From Yuukianura sp. NJ FZ-2021 (lineage: Eukaryota), in NCBI GenBank assembly GCA_046563655.1, contig CM102285.1:1612001-1676000 (forward strand): 64,000 nucleotides of DNA, read 5' to 3'. The notes under the pieces were generated by a model. The model worked only from the letters and a program-made list of their open reading frames with translations. It was not told the origin of the DNA and did not search any database. The position numbers and the translations under genes were made by a program. Shown here piece by piece: positions 25,501 through 39,218 of the stretch (the first letter of the stretch is position 1; each line of letters starts with the position of its first letter).

Positions 25501-28131
25501 AAATAGTGAAAACAGCTGTGGTGGCTTTACCAAAACAAACCACTTTGATCTGTTTAACTTACGAGGCGGCAAAACGTCTTCCACAATTTCAAGTTTTCTG
25601 GATCGCTTAGATGGCGATGTCTCACCTTCGGTATCTCTATCTCCTGCAAAAGCAAAACAAAAAAGTTTAAAATTATGTCTGCCGTTGCCGAATCGTATAG
25701 ATAGCAACACTATCAAGTTAAGTTTAGCAACATCGCAGGCTTCAGTTAAGGATAGGATTTGAGTATTTACAGTCGAACTCTTTACTTAGGCTTAGGTATG
25801 TTATTTCAAGAAGTCCAAACTTACGTTTGAGCTTCACCGGCGTTGTAGATTCTGTAACTTTCTCAGAAGACTCCCAATCCATGGGTTCTTCAGCAGCAGG
25901 TAATTTTTCCACATTTTCTAGAAAAAGATTATCCTTTGTCAATGCAATTGCCACCAATTCAATTGAAACAAAATGAATTTGTACCTGGTAAACAAATCTT
26001 AAGTTACTTCATTACACTTATACCTTACCTTGTACTTCTGCAGTTTCTTTGGGTTGAGCAGCTGGAGAGGCGGGTTTATTAAGTTGCTCGTCTACTTCTT
26101 CGATAGTCGGTGATGGTTTTTCTGTTTCTGTTAACATTTTCACATAAAAAAAGTCATAAAATAAAACCTCAACGTACTTAGTCTTTAGAATTGAACTTAA
26201 CAGCTGATTGACGCTAGAGGGAATGAATGAGAGAAAGGTGACAGAATTTCCAACAATTTTCTTCGATGGGTCTAAATTTACCAATTTCAAGTTCTTTTTC
26301 AGAGATTTGTTCGGTTGTACTTTCATGTGACTTGACGACCTCTTCCTGAACAGGAATGGGGGTGGAATCCGACACAGGTTGTTCCTCCTCGGTAACTAAT
26401 AAAAATAATTAGGTAAGTAGTTGCACTTTGCTGTTACTAACTTATATCTACCATTTGATTAGTATTATAGTAAGCGATTGCTAAACGTCTTAAGTCGCTT
26501 CACCTTCTGGTTTGGACACAACTTGTTGGACACGGCTACGAGTTGATCTCTTCTCTGGAGACTTGGCTCTGGAATCCCGTGTACTTGTTACCTCCGTATT
26601 GTCTTCTTTACATGTTGTTTCTAAAAACATCGTGCTTGGTTGGTTAGTAGGTCAATTGGCAGTTCTTGAACGAGCATTTTCATTTCGCTTACCACTTTCT
26701 GATGTACTACTTTTAGTGCGAGTTGAAGGCGGGATCGGCTCTGCCTCTGCAGTATCTATCACAGAAGGAAAATAACTTAAAAACTTACTGTGTAAAAGGC
26801 CAGTAAACGTAGTGAATTGATTCGGAATTTCCATACAGGGTTTATAAAACTTAATCTTACCGGTATAACCAGATCCCCTTCTGCCTCTTCTAGAACTTCG
26901 AGTTGGAGAATGGGAAGCCTCTTCTTTCAGACCTTCCTTTGATTTTTCCACTTCTAAAAACGAAAAATATTTAACGTTATCTTTCTAAAAGCCTAAAATC
27001 TTCTACAGAAATGCAAGTATTCAAAATAAAATGAACAAATCGCCTTACCTTGAGAGGGGTCCGGTTCTGGTTCGGAAATTTTTGTGGATTTATGCCTGGT
27101 TTTTGGCGACTCATCTTTTGGGACATCTTCTTTCGGTTCTTCCAAGTGTTCTGAGAAGGATACAAGCAATAAGAATACTATCCTTCCTTGATCACAGATC
27201 ATATGATTGTAGTTAATAAAGAACTGGGCAAGTAAAGTATACAAACCAGCAGGAGTTGATTTAGAAGCAAGGGCTGGTCTGCCTCTGGTAGCTCTCTTTT
27301 CGGGGGATTTCTCACGATCGCTACTTTCGGGCATTGTACTAGATTCGGCTTTGTCTTCTAAAAGTACAAAACTTCTAATACAAAACTCGATTGAGACAAG
27401 TACAATTGAGAGTTGACTTGAAGGCTTACCACCACGACGTCGAGCAGAGGAAGTTGAGTCGGAAACTTTAGATGGACTCTTGAGAGGACTCCGTTCGCGT
27501 TCATCAGCACTGGCACCACTTCCTTCTGATTCTCGTTTCTGTTCTTCTAAAAACGATTAAAGAAAAAAAATATTATTCCTATTTGAGCTCTCATTGTAAG
27601 TTCTTGCTCCATTTCTCTCATAGTAGTTCATGTCCAGGTTCAATATCAATACCCCTGTATAGCTTCTTTGCCACTTGCTGAGAATGGAACAATTCCGCTT
27701 GTGATGCCAAATACTCCCGGACAAATGGGTTGTCATCTGGGAGCTTTGCCTATAAAAATAGCAAGTTTTCAGTCACACACACTTGGTAGTACTGCTAAGT
27801 TATCTGGTGATTATAACGTTCTTAGTTACCGCAATGTTGGGCAGCTCCTCTTCGTTATTTGAAGCGCTAACAGCTTCCTCTCGATCTTTATCAAGCAATA
27901 GGCTCTGCAAATCATAGCACAAGATGCAAATTAGCGGTAGGTTCTACCAATTGCTGCTTTTAATAACTAATTATTCATAATACTGCGACTTACTGCTTTG
28001 AGTCTGTCTACAAGATCCTTTTTTGACCCGGACTTTGAAAGGCCTCTCTTCTCCAACTCCGCTTTCAAGTCAACCACCCGTAAACTGGATAGTGGTTTGT
28101 CTCCAACCATAATTTCCCCACGACCTGACAT
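22511..28131 (-). CDS. ACIN1: Acinus (apoptotic chromatin condensation inducer), multi-exon
   Basis: N-terminal SAP domain (LSSLRVVDLKAELEKRGLSKSGSKKDLVDRL); acidic low-complexity middle; RRM (TNLVRPFTVPQLKELL...TRTALHGVKWPTSNPK); RS/RD repeats; RSB motif (LDELFRKT...CIYWLPL). Confidence 0.92.
24580..24810. repeat. Degenerate minisatellite of about 25 bp built on the palindrome TGATCAGCTGATCA, in an Acinus intron
   Basis: Repeated tgatcagctgatcaagttttca-like units; a further partial copy at 23761. Confidence 0.8.
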
Positions 28132-28498
28132 CGTTTATTGCGGGACACAAAATTACCGTGGACTAAGGAATTGTACTGGCTGTTTTTGCTTATGCTTAAG
28201 TCACTTAAGTTGACAGATACGACTGTCACAAAAGTTAATGATAGTTTATAGCAAAAGAATACGTGGTAAACAACCGACTGATTAATCAATTACATTCTAC
28301 TAACACGGCGGTTTATGAAACAAATGATCAAATGATGCGATGCGAAATGAATAGAATATACGGCGGAACGAACGACGAAGGCATAGGCAAGGGAAAGATA
28401 ATACGGTTTGTTTTTTACTCTATGCTTTAGCTATACTGCGGATATGCTTGAAAAAATGCCTCCTTCCAAATCTCATAGCGGTGATCCTAATCCTCTGA

Positions 28499-29331
28499 CA
28501 TCGCGGATTAAGATTTCCTAATCCCCGAATGGTCAGACTTCTCAGATGGAGAGCTCCTAATAGTCAGAAATATCAGACCAGATTATATAAATGCTCAGAT
28601 TTGCATGGTACGACTAATATTGGTTTACAATTTGTCGCTTCGCTAGACCATTTAGTACTAAGAGGACGGGGCATAAAATCGGTTTACCACAATGGCTTCG
28701 ATGTTGATAAGAATTTTTTTTCAAATTAGCCTACGCCTCCCCTGAGTTGAAATATAAAAAAAAAATTCCGGAAATTAAATTTTCAATTTTTTTCAAAATT
28801 TTGAAGAAAAAAAAAGGATTTTTTTTTGTTTCCGATTTAGCTAAAAATTGGTTTTTATACTAACTCAAGTATGCTAAGTCCAAATATGAAAGAATTTTTG
28901 TGGTGCTGATGAAATGTGGCTAACTTAGCATGGGTTTCAGCGCCGAAAGGTTTGGTAAAGCATGCAATCGTGATTACGTCTGTAGGTTCTAATTTCTAAG
29001 TTTCGCTATACTGAAAATTTTTACACGTACTACCTTTTTTACGTTACATCCTACAACAAAAATTATATTATAGTTAATTTTAATTTATAGTTAATTACAG
29101 TTAATTTCATCGACATCTTTCAAGATGTCGATAAAGATAAAATCTACATCGTCAACTAAATACATTTGGTAATTAAAGTGGAGTTGACCCTATTTGACGC
29201 ACTTCCGGTTGTGCTTGTGCTCCATGTACAATACGAAAGTCGCAAAAAGACTCGTCATTACGCGAGATGACCAAAATTCCCAAAAAGTCTGCACTGTCCG
29301 GGGATTAGGGATATCCTAAATCCGCACGATG
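28499..29331. repeat. Imperfect inverted repeats of about 45 bp bracketing the Acinus/OSBP divergent intergenic region
   Basis: 28499-28540 catcgcggattaagatttcctaatccccgaatggtcagactt aligns with the reverse complement of 29285-29331. Confidence 0.65.
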
Positions 29332-30395
29332 GGTTTGCATTATTGCATTGCACGAGTTTTGCAGATTTCACTTTCATTCATTTACTGCTTTGCGCCTGTA
29401 TGCAGCAATAGTGGCTGGCAAGGAAAACACACAAAATTTGAACCTTGGATTTAGAATCAGTTGAAGTTTGGAACTCTTCGGTATCGGTGTTTGTTTATCG
29501 TGGCGTGGCCTTGTTTCACGATAAATCCTGGTAATCTTCACATGATTTGTTCTACGTCATTCACCTAACTTAAGTTGTTTCTTTTTCTTTAGAATTACTG
29601 GTAAAGTTGAGTCTCACCATTTTGTAATGTATTTTCGTTAATTATCGAGCAATTATAATTTATTTTGAGAGAAATTATGTATGAAAGACTGTGCCTTGTG
29701 CTGTATCACTCATTCATTCAAGTCCAACTAAATAATTATGGTGATTTAATTGTTTGCAGTGGAATCTGGGTCACTATTGCAACCTGGGCTTAGTCGATAC
29801 TTGGCGAATGTTTGGACATTGGAAGATGACATGCATGGGAAGCATAATTTGAGAATTTGGACAAGCAGACACCACACACCTGTCGCCGTGATCCGTTCGA
29901 GTTACTCTTCACTTATTCAATAGTCGACCATCACCGTTAAGTAGTTCGTGCTGGTAGGACCTTCAATTCATTCATCAATTATTTCCCACGGTACAGGTTA
30001 AGTTAACTGCCTATTGTTTGAATCCATAACCTAATAACTGGTCGGTTAAGCTCATCAGAAATGTTATACGATTCAACTCAGTAGTGGTGAAAATCTTGAA
30101 AAACAATCCAACCGTTTTACAGTCCTTGTGTTTAAAAGAACAATTTTTTTTACTTTTAGTTAGAATCTGCTCACAATTTTTTGGTCTAACTTTATTCCAG
30201 GCCTTGTCATCTTCAATTTAGTTCCAGATCCACGACCAGCTATGGAGCTTCAGCCTGTGGTGGCTCCACTTCGATCTACAATCTAAACGTTCGCTTTTCG
30301 TGGTTTTGTTGTCTGTCTGGGACACCAGAAGCCTTGTGGTAGAGTCCCCGTCTTAATCATCAACCGAAGTATTAATTAAATAGAAACGTAGTGAG

Positions 30396-33300
30396 ATGAC
30401 CTCTACAAAGCAACATCCGGAGTCTGAGTCGGTAAGTTTGAATTACTTTATTTGTATTTTTGGTTTTTACGAGTTTAGTAATGACTGGAAAAGTGTAACA
30501 AAGTCACCGCAAAAAAGTGAATGAATCCCAGGAATTCGGGTTACATCGACCGTATTAACGATAAGTGTTTCGTCTTGAGTGACTTATTGAGTTTTCAAAA
30601 GAAGTAAACTGGTTTCATTCATTTGTGGTTTGAGTTGTAATGTTTAGACAATTTATCATTCCAGGGAAGTCCTTTCCTGTAAGTTCCTTCACTCCAGCTC
30701 ATTTGTCAATCTAAGAATAGGAACTTAGGCACACGACGTTACCCTTCATGACACTTAATTACTCTTTGTTTGATATTTTTATTACCCAGGAGGCTAGTTA
30801 CGAGAGTTCTGATAATGGAGCAACGCCCAGTGTTTCCAGTATGAGCAGTATCAAATTTTTCCATTCCGGCCATCGTCGAACAGGCTCAGAACCCATGCCG
30901 TCGTCACCCTCATCCGTCCTTCCACCAGTTTTACCCGCCGCGGTGACGAACAGTACGACTTCAAACAGCAGCATGGGCAGCAGCAACCCACCGCCACTGC
31001 CACCGCCGCGTGCTAAAGGCAAGAAAAAGGAAAAAAGAAATTCGGATTGGGAAGTTCTCGAGGGGCTCAAGGAAGGTCAAACGTATGACCTCGTGCCGAA
31101 GAAATTCGAAGGTTTTATTCTCAAAAAGCGAAAGTTCCCGCTCAACGGATACCACAAGGTTAGTTTTTGAAATTCAATGTTAGGTTGGGGCTTAACCTAA
31201 TACATAAGCTAACTGCTAGGTTGGGGCTTAACCTAATGCATAACCTAACCGTTAGGTTATGTCGACTCTTGAGAATTCCGAAGCAGCTCAAACTTCCATT
31301 TCGGTCAAAAACATTTTAGGATTTCTCCTCAGACAAGAACTTTCACTTTTCTTTTGAAAAGTTTGCTTTTATAAGCTCATCCGCCCTCTTTTCTCTCTCT
31401 TTGTAAAGAAAGGAAATCTGAAACGGCTTGAGGTTACTCAAAGAGGCTATTTCTGGACAGAGACATTCCCAAATAATTGATGATCCAAAGTTTGTAAGCC
31501 GTTGGTTATGACATCATAAAGAGGCTTTGATTTTCTGAAAAGTACCAAAATCAATGGCACTGTTTCACATTCTAGGAAGTTTGAGCTTCTTCGCCAAATA
31601 TTTGCTTTAACTTTTTGGTTCACTTGCAGTTTTTTATTAGTTTTTGTTCTTCTTTTCTTTTCAGCGCTACTTTACGCTGGAGAAGGGGCTCATCGTGTAT
31701 GGGAAGAACGGGTGGGATGTTGCCCGGGGGAAGGTCCACGGTAGCATGGATACAGGACTGTCAGTGATTTCGGCGAGACCGCGCGATGGCAGAATTGATA
31801 TTGATTCAGAGGACAACATCTACCATCTCAAGGTCAGTTTTCTCCTTCTGCCCCCCAACATAACAAAAATGCTAGTACAAGTCATTGTCCATAACTCATA
31901 ACATGTCGCGATTCACCAAAAACATGAGCGTGACACTTTATGAGTCAAAGATTTTGACCTTCGTTAATTATGAATTTTCATGGGAAAAGAAAAGCATGTA
32001 TGTCGAAAGCATAACCGTAAAAACCGGGCGAAAAATAGAATTTTTTCACGCGAAAGTAAAACAAAAAAAAATCCGAATTCGGCCCCAAGTAAAAAAAAAT
32101 CGTTGTTTGATTCGCAAGTCCAGTTTTGTAATTAACTTTGAACAGTTTCCTAAAAACGAGTTTGCTTCGTACCGAGGTTTTCTCATTCTGCAGAAATTAT
32201 ATTAGCTCTAGGCAAAAACGTAATTTGATTTTTGCATTTCGTGGCTTCCTCTCGCTCTTGCTGAAAACTCGTTTTTGTGAAAATAAAATGATGCGATGAT
32301 GGCACATGATAATGAATCTGGATGAGTTTGCTAGTTGTAAAATTTGAGCAGAAGATCCGGTATTACCATATACTTCAACATCCCTTTGTTCCGCTCAAAC
32401 TCACATGATAATCTAAAAGCCGCAAATTTAGAGGTCAACCAGACCATTTTCCACGTAACAAAAGGGTAATGCTGAAAATCAAAAGTGGAAAAGTTGCTAA
32501 CTATGGCGTTTTGTTAAACTTGGACGCCTTTTGCTTCTATGTTTTGGTTTTTCAACCATGAAAACGGAAAACATTTCCTACTGCAAATAAAAACCGCTTT
32601 CAAAATAATTTCGGAAGCGTTAAAAAGGCGACGATGGATTAATAGCCACAAAAACAAAGCACTTTTGAGCGCTATCGCTTTCGCTTCGTGAATGTTGAAT
32701 GCGTTTGGCATTGAATTCCAAAATGGAAAGACATGAAATATGAATCCAATTTGCGAGAAAACTGAAGCGGGTAGGGGTAACGTGAGATTTTTGGCAAAGT
32801 GCTAAATGTACTTGTGATGTTTGATGGATGTTTGATTTGGTTTTGCAGATTAAGCCGATGGAAGTGTACATGGAATGGTTGGAACAGCTCAAACAGCATC
32901 GCCTTTATCGGCAACATGTTTTATCCTTCAAGGATCTAGCGACTGATCCAGATTCTGCTGAAGAGTCACCATCCTCCCCTCTGTCCCCAATCCCACATCC
33001 ACACGGTGGAGCACGTTCCACCGAACGGAGAAGTAGTATTGACAAGGAGCTTGCTTTGGTGGAGAAAGATCTGTGCAATTTAGAAGGGATTCTGCAACTT
33101 CTGCCACAGTCCACGAAGAAAGAAGATGAGAGCAAGATGAAAGATTTCTTGGTTCTGGGAAAAGAAGGTATGTTAAAGCGTAGAGCGCCACTGGTATATC
33201 TCAGACCAAAGTATCTCAAAAAATATCTCCGGAAATATCTCGAAAAAACGTATCTATCAGAAAAAGTATCTCGGAAAAGTATTTCTCGGAGAAATATCTC

Positions 33301-36300
33301 CGCAAATTTCTCGGGAAAATATTTCCGGAAATATCTCGGAAACATATCTCCTGAACCATATCGGAAATGCACTCCCGAAAACATCTCCATTCGAATTAGG
33401 TTATCGCTGGGTTAAAGATTACCGATGTTAGGATTAGGTTAAATGGTGTATAAATGATAATGCTGCGTCAGTTAGTCAATTTTCTCAGAACCTAATTTGG
33501 GCTCGGTTAAGCTTGGGTTTTCCCACGATTTAGGAAGAAAGATACTTTATTCAATGGATTCACCAATCATCTCCCGCGTTTTATTACATTTTCGCGCTCT
33601 GAATAGTTTAGTTTGTAATTTTGTTTTATCTTAGATTTTTCTTTGCGAGGCCGTTTCTTAATTTACGACAATAAAAATTTCGAATTGTGCCACTGCAAGT
33701 TTCTCTTCCAGAAATTTCCAGTTTGTGGTTATGTTACGCTAGGTTCAGGTTGAGTAAATAACATGGTACATAGTTTGCTTTTCCAGATTTAAGAGGCGTT
33801 GCGATAGAAGTGTTCCTGTTCGTGAGGGAATGATTGATGACCTCGCAACTTGACTTGCCAATTCCCGTGTGACATGTGGTGGTGTAACATAACATGAGTG
33901 ACTGACATAACATAACCTACGGAACATACAAGCTTCAGATTAGGTTGTCTAACCTAATTGTAGGTTTCATGTTTTTGAGCACCGAAAAAGCGGGAAGTGG
34001 GAAAGTGATAAATTATTTAGCAAGACGGCTGCTGGTATTGCGAAATTTTGTTCCAAAAAACAGGAAAAGTAAAGTTTAGACTTAATTTTGCTTCGTAGAT
34101 GTTAGCTTTTGTGGAACTTTGGAAAGGTTGAAATTGAATGGAACTGCTCGGGTTTTAGGTTACTTAGCCTAACTTGGCTACGTTTCTTCTCGAATAACCT
34201 AAAAACCTAACCTGACGTTCTTAGCTACTTTTTGTGCTTTAAATATTTACAAAGATGATGCTGCTGCTGCAAAAAGTGGAATTTGCAAAGTTACTTTTTT
34301 TTCTATTTTCTTTTTCGTTCTTTTTTTTTCAATGTTTGTCTAAACAGGATGAAGTGGAGTGGAGATGAGTTTTGTATCATGTTTTTTATGTTCATGACAT
34401 GATGAATGAGGCATCAGTTTGCTCAAAGATTTGAGATTTGCGTGGGCTGGAAGTTGTGAAATGCTGCCAGCATCTGCTGCTAAAATGTGTTGTGCTGCTA
34501 AACTTTCAGAAAGAAAGTATTGATTAATTGATAGTGAAAGGGGAGCTAGTTTTGCCGGCAAGAGTTTTCTTTTTTTTTTTTAGCTAAAAGCTAAATGGAA
34601 AAAGTTTTAGAATTCAAATTACAGGGTGAAAGGAACGGAGCACAGGATGAGCGGAGGTTTCAGTTTCTCAATGGAATTCGAAAAGTTGAAATTCAAGACC
34701 GGTTGGTCACAAATGCTGGTGTCAGCGTCATAGAATTTTTTAGTCCACTGACTAAAAGTGCTGAGTTTTATTTTTAGTCTTCCATAGTCTTTTTTGTTTT
34801 ATTTAAACAACTCACGCTTTGCTATAGTCTCCAGAGTCCGTTGCATGTTTTCTTTTTTTTCGCTTCTGACTTCAACTTTCGCTTTTGTTCAAGGTTTTAG
34901 CAAAGTTTTTGCATTTTGTGCTTTTTTTTTGGTGCCACACGCCATTTCAACATGTTTCAGCAGCAGACGCTGAAAACGCCAAACGTTTAAGGAAATACAG
35001 CCAAGCTGCGGAATGACAAACTATTTTTCATTAACTTAAGTAGGCTTCGCGTTCAAATTTTTGAAAGCGTCGTTTTCCAAAATTTTTAATTTTACCCAAT
35101 TTTGTGTTTTTAAATTACATTTGTCTAATTTGATCACTTTTGTTGAACTTCAGGTTGAAATTCGATTGTGACAATTTCGATTTAGTATTTGAGAAAATTT
35201 TAGAGATGACAAATGCCAATAGTGGCAATTTACGAAAACGTCAAGTGTCGTTTTTATTTGTTCAAGGAGAAAATGGATCATTGAATTTTCGAAATTTTGA
35301 TCTTGAAATACTAAGTTTAATTTTCCTGAAAAGACATTTCAGAAAAGTGAAAAGTGGAATTTATGGAAAAGTTGATTATTGATTTTCCATAAATTTGGAA
35401 GTTGAGACGGAGAGTGAGTGGATAAAAATATTTTTGGACTTTATTAATTTTAATTTCGGACTTTTTCCGATACGTCGCAATTGTCAAAATTCTATTTTGG
35501 AAAATATTGACTCCAAAATTGAGCTTTGTGAATGCGTAATGTTGGAAATTTTCGACCAAAATTTTTGGGTTTAATGATCCAACTGAAAGCTAAAAGCTTT
35601 TAGTCTACCTTTAGGTTAGGTTTTGGACGAGTCTAGAACTTAATCGAGTCTTTTTGTTTCACTTTTAACACAGTGGTGGCCAATCTACGGACTTTGAGTC
35701 GCACAGTGGGAAGTTCCAGTTCCCGAGAGAGTGACAACGGACCAGGGTCGCTTCGTCTAGCGCTTAATCAAGCGCTGCAACAAAACGCTGAACTCAAGTC
35801 ACGTCTTAATAGAATTCACAGAGAGTCACAAGTTGGTGGAGGCGGAGGATCAAATACAATGACGCTCAAATTTACAGGCCAAAGTGATACTGTAAGAAAG
35901 TCTGAACACGTTTTTCAAAAAATAGAAAATGAAATGGAATTAATCATGACTTTGTTTTCGTTTTTTGAAGATTAAGTCCTACGGAAGCACTTTGAGCAAC
36001 TCAGAGTACTATGACGCAATTGACATTCCTGGAGCGGATGCTGTCGTGGACGAAGACCGGACGTCGTCGGATGAGTTTTCATCGGAAGATGAAGGAGAAG
36101 CGGATTCAATCCACTCGGAGTTTTCTGAACAACAACCTAAATTCGGTCAGTTAGGTTCAAGCACATGCGCAGTATTATTAAAGTGCTTGTAAGCATTTAG
36201 TACTGGACGAGTTGTTAGGCTGAGAGTAGGCTTTATTTGAGGGCCCTGCAATCAATTGTTCATACTGTCAAATGTTACAAAAAATCCGTCAAATCCGGAT

Positions 36301-38278
36301 TTGGAAGAATCCGAATCCGTCAAATATCCGGAACTAAAATCCGGATTTACACCTCTACCTGAAACCTAGGTTTTAAAGTTTTATTGTATCATTTTTTTTA
36401 TTTTGATTTTGCATGTTCGTTCAACTACTCCCAGAGAATGGAGTAGTTTCGGCAGTGCAGCTCAGCCCTTCTGGAATGTCCAGTTCGAGCAGTAGTAATG
36501 GAACAATGTCTCCTCAAAATGTTGTAGACTCGTTCATGAGCCAAGGACGAAGGGCACAACTGCCATGTCCAGCACCTACTGGGACGGAAGTGCCAACACT
36601 CTGGACCATCCTCAGAAAGAACATTGGCAAGGACTTGTCCCGAATTTCCATGCCAGTCACACTCAATGAACCGCTCGGAGTACTCCAGCGCATGTGCGAA
36701 GAGCTCGAGTACTCGGAACTCCTGGATGCTGCGAGTAAGTTTTTTTTTAATATTTTTAAGAAACTTCAAAAGTTGAATTTTTAGTTTTTGAAAATTTGAA
36801 TTTTGATTTTGAGCAGGCCGGGAAGGTGATGCGGTTGAGCGGATTGCTCTGGTGGCAGCGTTTGCAGTTTCAGGCTACTCGTCCACGTTTTTCCGAACGC
36901 ATAAACCGTTTAATCCACTCCTAGGAGAAACTTACGAGTGTGTACGAGAAGATAAAGGATTCAGATTCATTTCGGAACAGGTTAGGCCGAATTGAAGTTG
37001 ACCTTGACGTTGACCTAGAAGTACTATTTGATTTTGACGTTTGACGTCAAACGACGTTCAATGTTTGACGTTTTCTTGTTTTTTGAATTGCAGGTCAGTC
37101 ACCATCCGCCCGTGAGTGCAGGTCATGCCGAAGGTCGCGGTTGGGCATTCTGGGAAGAGACACAGCTCAAGACGAAGTTTTGGGGGAAATCGATGGAGAT
37201 TCAGCCTGTTGGAGAGTGTCACGTGGTGATGTCGAAATACGGAGAACATTATTCCTACAATAGAGCTACTACTTGCGTCCACAACATTTTTTCGGCTCAA
37301 AGTCGATGGGTTGACCTCTACGGAGAAGTGACCATAAAGGGAAATGGACTCACTGCAAATCTTACATTCCTCAAAGTAAGTTAAAAAAAAAAGAAGTTAA
37401 AAAACTTAACTTAAAACGTAAATCTACTTTAAGAAAAAAGAATTGATGAGAATTTGAATTTTTTAAAACTTTTGTTTTTGAAATTTTTGATAGGCTTCTT
37501 ACTGGAATACCAGAAAACATGAAGTGTTTGGAACGATTTCCAGTTCAGATGGAACAACGCTTCGAAACCTCTATGGAACTTGGAACGAAGCTTTTCATGC
37601 TGGACAACCACCGTCTGCCAAATGTTTATGGCGAATGGGTAACTTTTAGATTTGAGATTTTGGCATGAATTTTGGAAAAATTGTCAGGAAAAAGGTTGTT
37701 GCTAGCAATGTGCTTACTTTTGGTGTGAATCTTTCTTTTCAAGGTGCTATGCCCGAGGACCATTCCAGATACTATGGGTTTACAAGATTTGCTATAGAAC
37801 TGAACGAGTTGAGTCCTGGATTAAGTGACAAGATTTCAGTGACGGATACAAGGTCGGTTTTTATGTCAATGTGAATGAAGATTACTGGGGCGGTGTGCTA
37901 AGCTGTTGAGGTTTGTAGTCATTGGTTTGACATGTTTAGGTTGAGACCAGACCAACGATTGCTGGAGGAAGGGGATTTAGCTGGCGCGGAGAGAATGAAA
38001 CTGGTTGTGGAACAGAAGCAACGCGATCGGAGAAAACGGCGGGAAGAATCTGGAGAGCCGTTTGATCCACAGTGGTTTAGGTAGACTAGACGTTTCAGAA
38101 ACGTTTCGCCTGAAAATGATTATTGAAATGGTTTTTAACATTGGTGATCGTCACTTTTTTTTTGAAATGTTACAGGAAATCGACAAGTCATGCGGAGTCT
38201 CAGTGGGAGTACAGTGGAAGTTACTGGGAACATCGCAAAGGCGGTTTCAAAACAACTACTGTTGAACCACTTTGGTGA
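30396..38278 (+). CDS. Oxysterol-binding protein-related protein (ORP3/6/7-type), multi-exon
   Basis: PH domain ([26 protein letters not shown]); FFAT-like [11 protein letters not shown] with [33 protein letters not shown] and EQVSHHPP; start codon inferred from a short exon 30396-30431. Confidence 0.92.
33190..33390. repeat. Degenerate tandem repeat of about 12 bp (aaatatctcgga-like) in an OSBP intron
   Basis: Many aaatatctc / aaatatttc / gtatctcgg units. Confidence 0.75.
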
Positions 38279-38749
38279 CGTCGAATGTTTCTTTAGTTGG
38301 TTTGAGTCAAGAGAGAGACAATACTAATTAACACTGCTAAATTTTCAGACTACTGGAAGCAATTGGTTAAACTTAAACCAAATTATGTGAATTTCAAGTA
38401 CCTTCCACTTAATCATTGTAAAACTAAAAGGATGTACGCGAGAAACAAATGTAAACTGTGTGGCGACCTTACTACTGTTGTGTGCTGTGATTAATAATAA
38501 TTAGTTGTAGTCAAAAAGTTAAAAACTTATAGGGTAGATGACAAACTGAAGTGCCTGAAAAAATGGCCTGAAAACAGCAAGACTTTGAATACAATGGAAA
38601 ATGTTCGTTTTTCCTTTTTTTTTCTGCAATTGCAGCTTAATAAAAAGGTTTGAACTGAACACTAGAATTTTGCATGTTGTTAAAAAAAGTCTACCTTTAA
38701 AGTTACTTCATAAATAATCTTTGGGTCATAAACGCAAGCGTAATGACGA

Positions 38750-38900
38750 AAGGTTTAGGTTAGGTCAACTTACGAAATACTGATTGCTTCGTTTTTCTGG
38801 TCACTCACAACTGTAATTAATGCAATCACTATTTCGCAAGTTCACCTAGCTTAGCCTCGCTTCGCTCGGCTAATTTAAGTGAACATCACGAAATATTTAC
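38750..38900. repeat. Hairpin-forming repeat fragment, probably TE-derived
   Basis: 26-bp inverted repeat at 38762-38787 / 38822-38847 with 3 mismatches; ttaggttagg and gcctcgcttcgctcggc motifs. Confidence 0.55.
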
Positions 38901-39218
38901 CAGACAATGATTGTGTGCAGAGGGGTACAATGTGACAAATGATTAAAAAATATTCCAGCGTTGTCACTTCCTAAATTCAATGGAGGGGTACAATGAGGAG
39001 GTACCAAGCAAAAATCTCTTCGAAACTGAAGACAGTTGCATGCAACTTGTTGTTTTTTTGAATTTGCCGTCACGGATTATAAGGGGGTACAATACAATGC
39101 AATTTGGGTGGAAACGGAAAGTGGAAACGAACAGACTCCAAGTTTACTTCAACCCATTTCTAACCTTGTAAACGTTTCAGTGACTAGTCCTTACGCATTA
39201 CGCTGCCTAGCAACCGAG

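Noticed and set aside
33170-33415. ORF extension (KYLRKYL...) and antisense ORF 32905-33390
   Set aside because: Read-through past the OSBP splice donor near 33168 into an intronic tandem repeat
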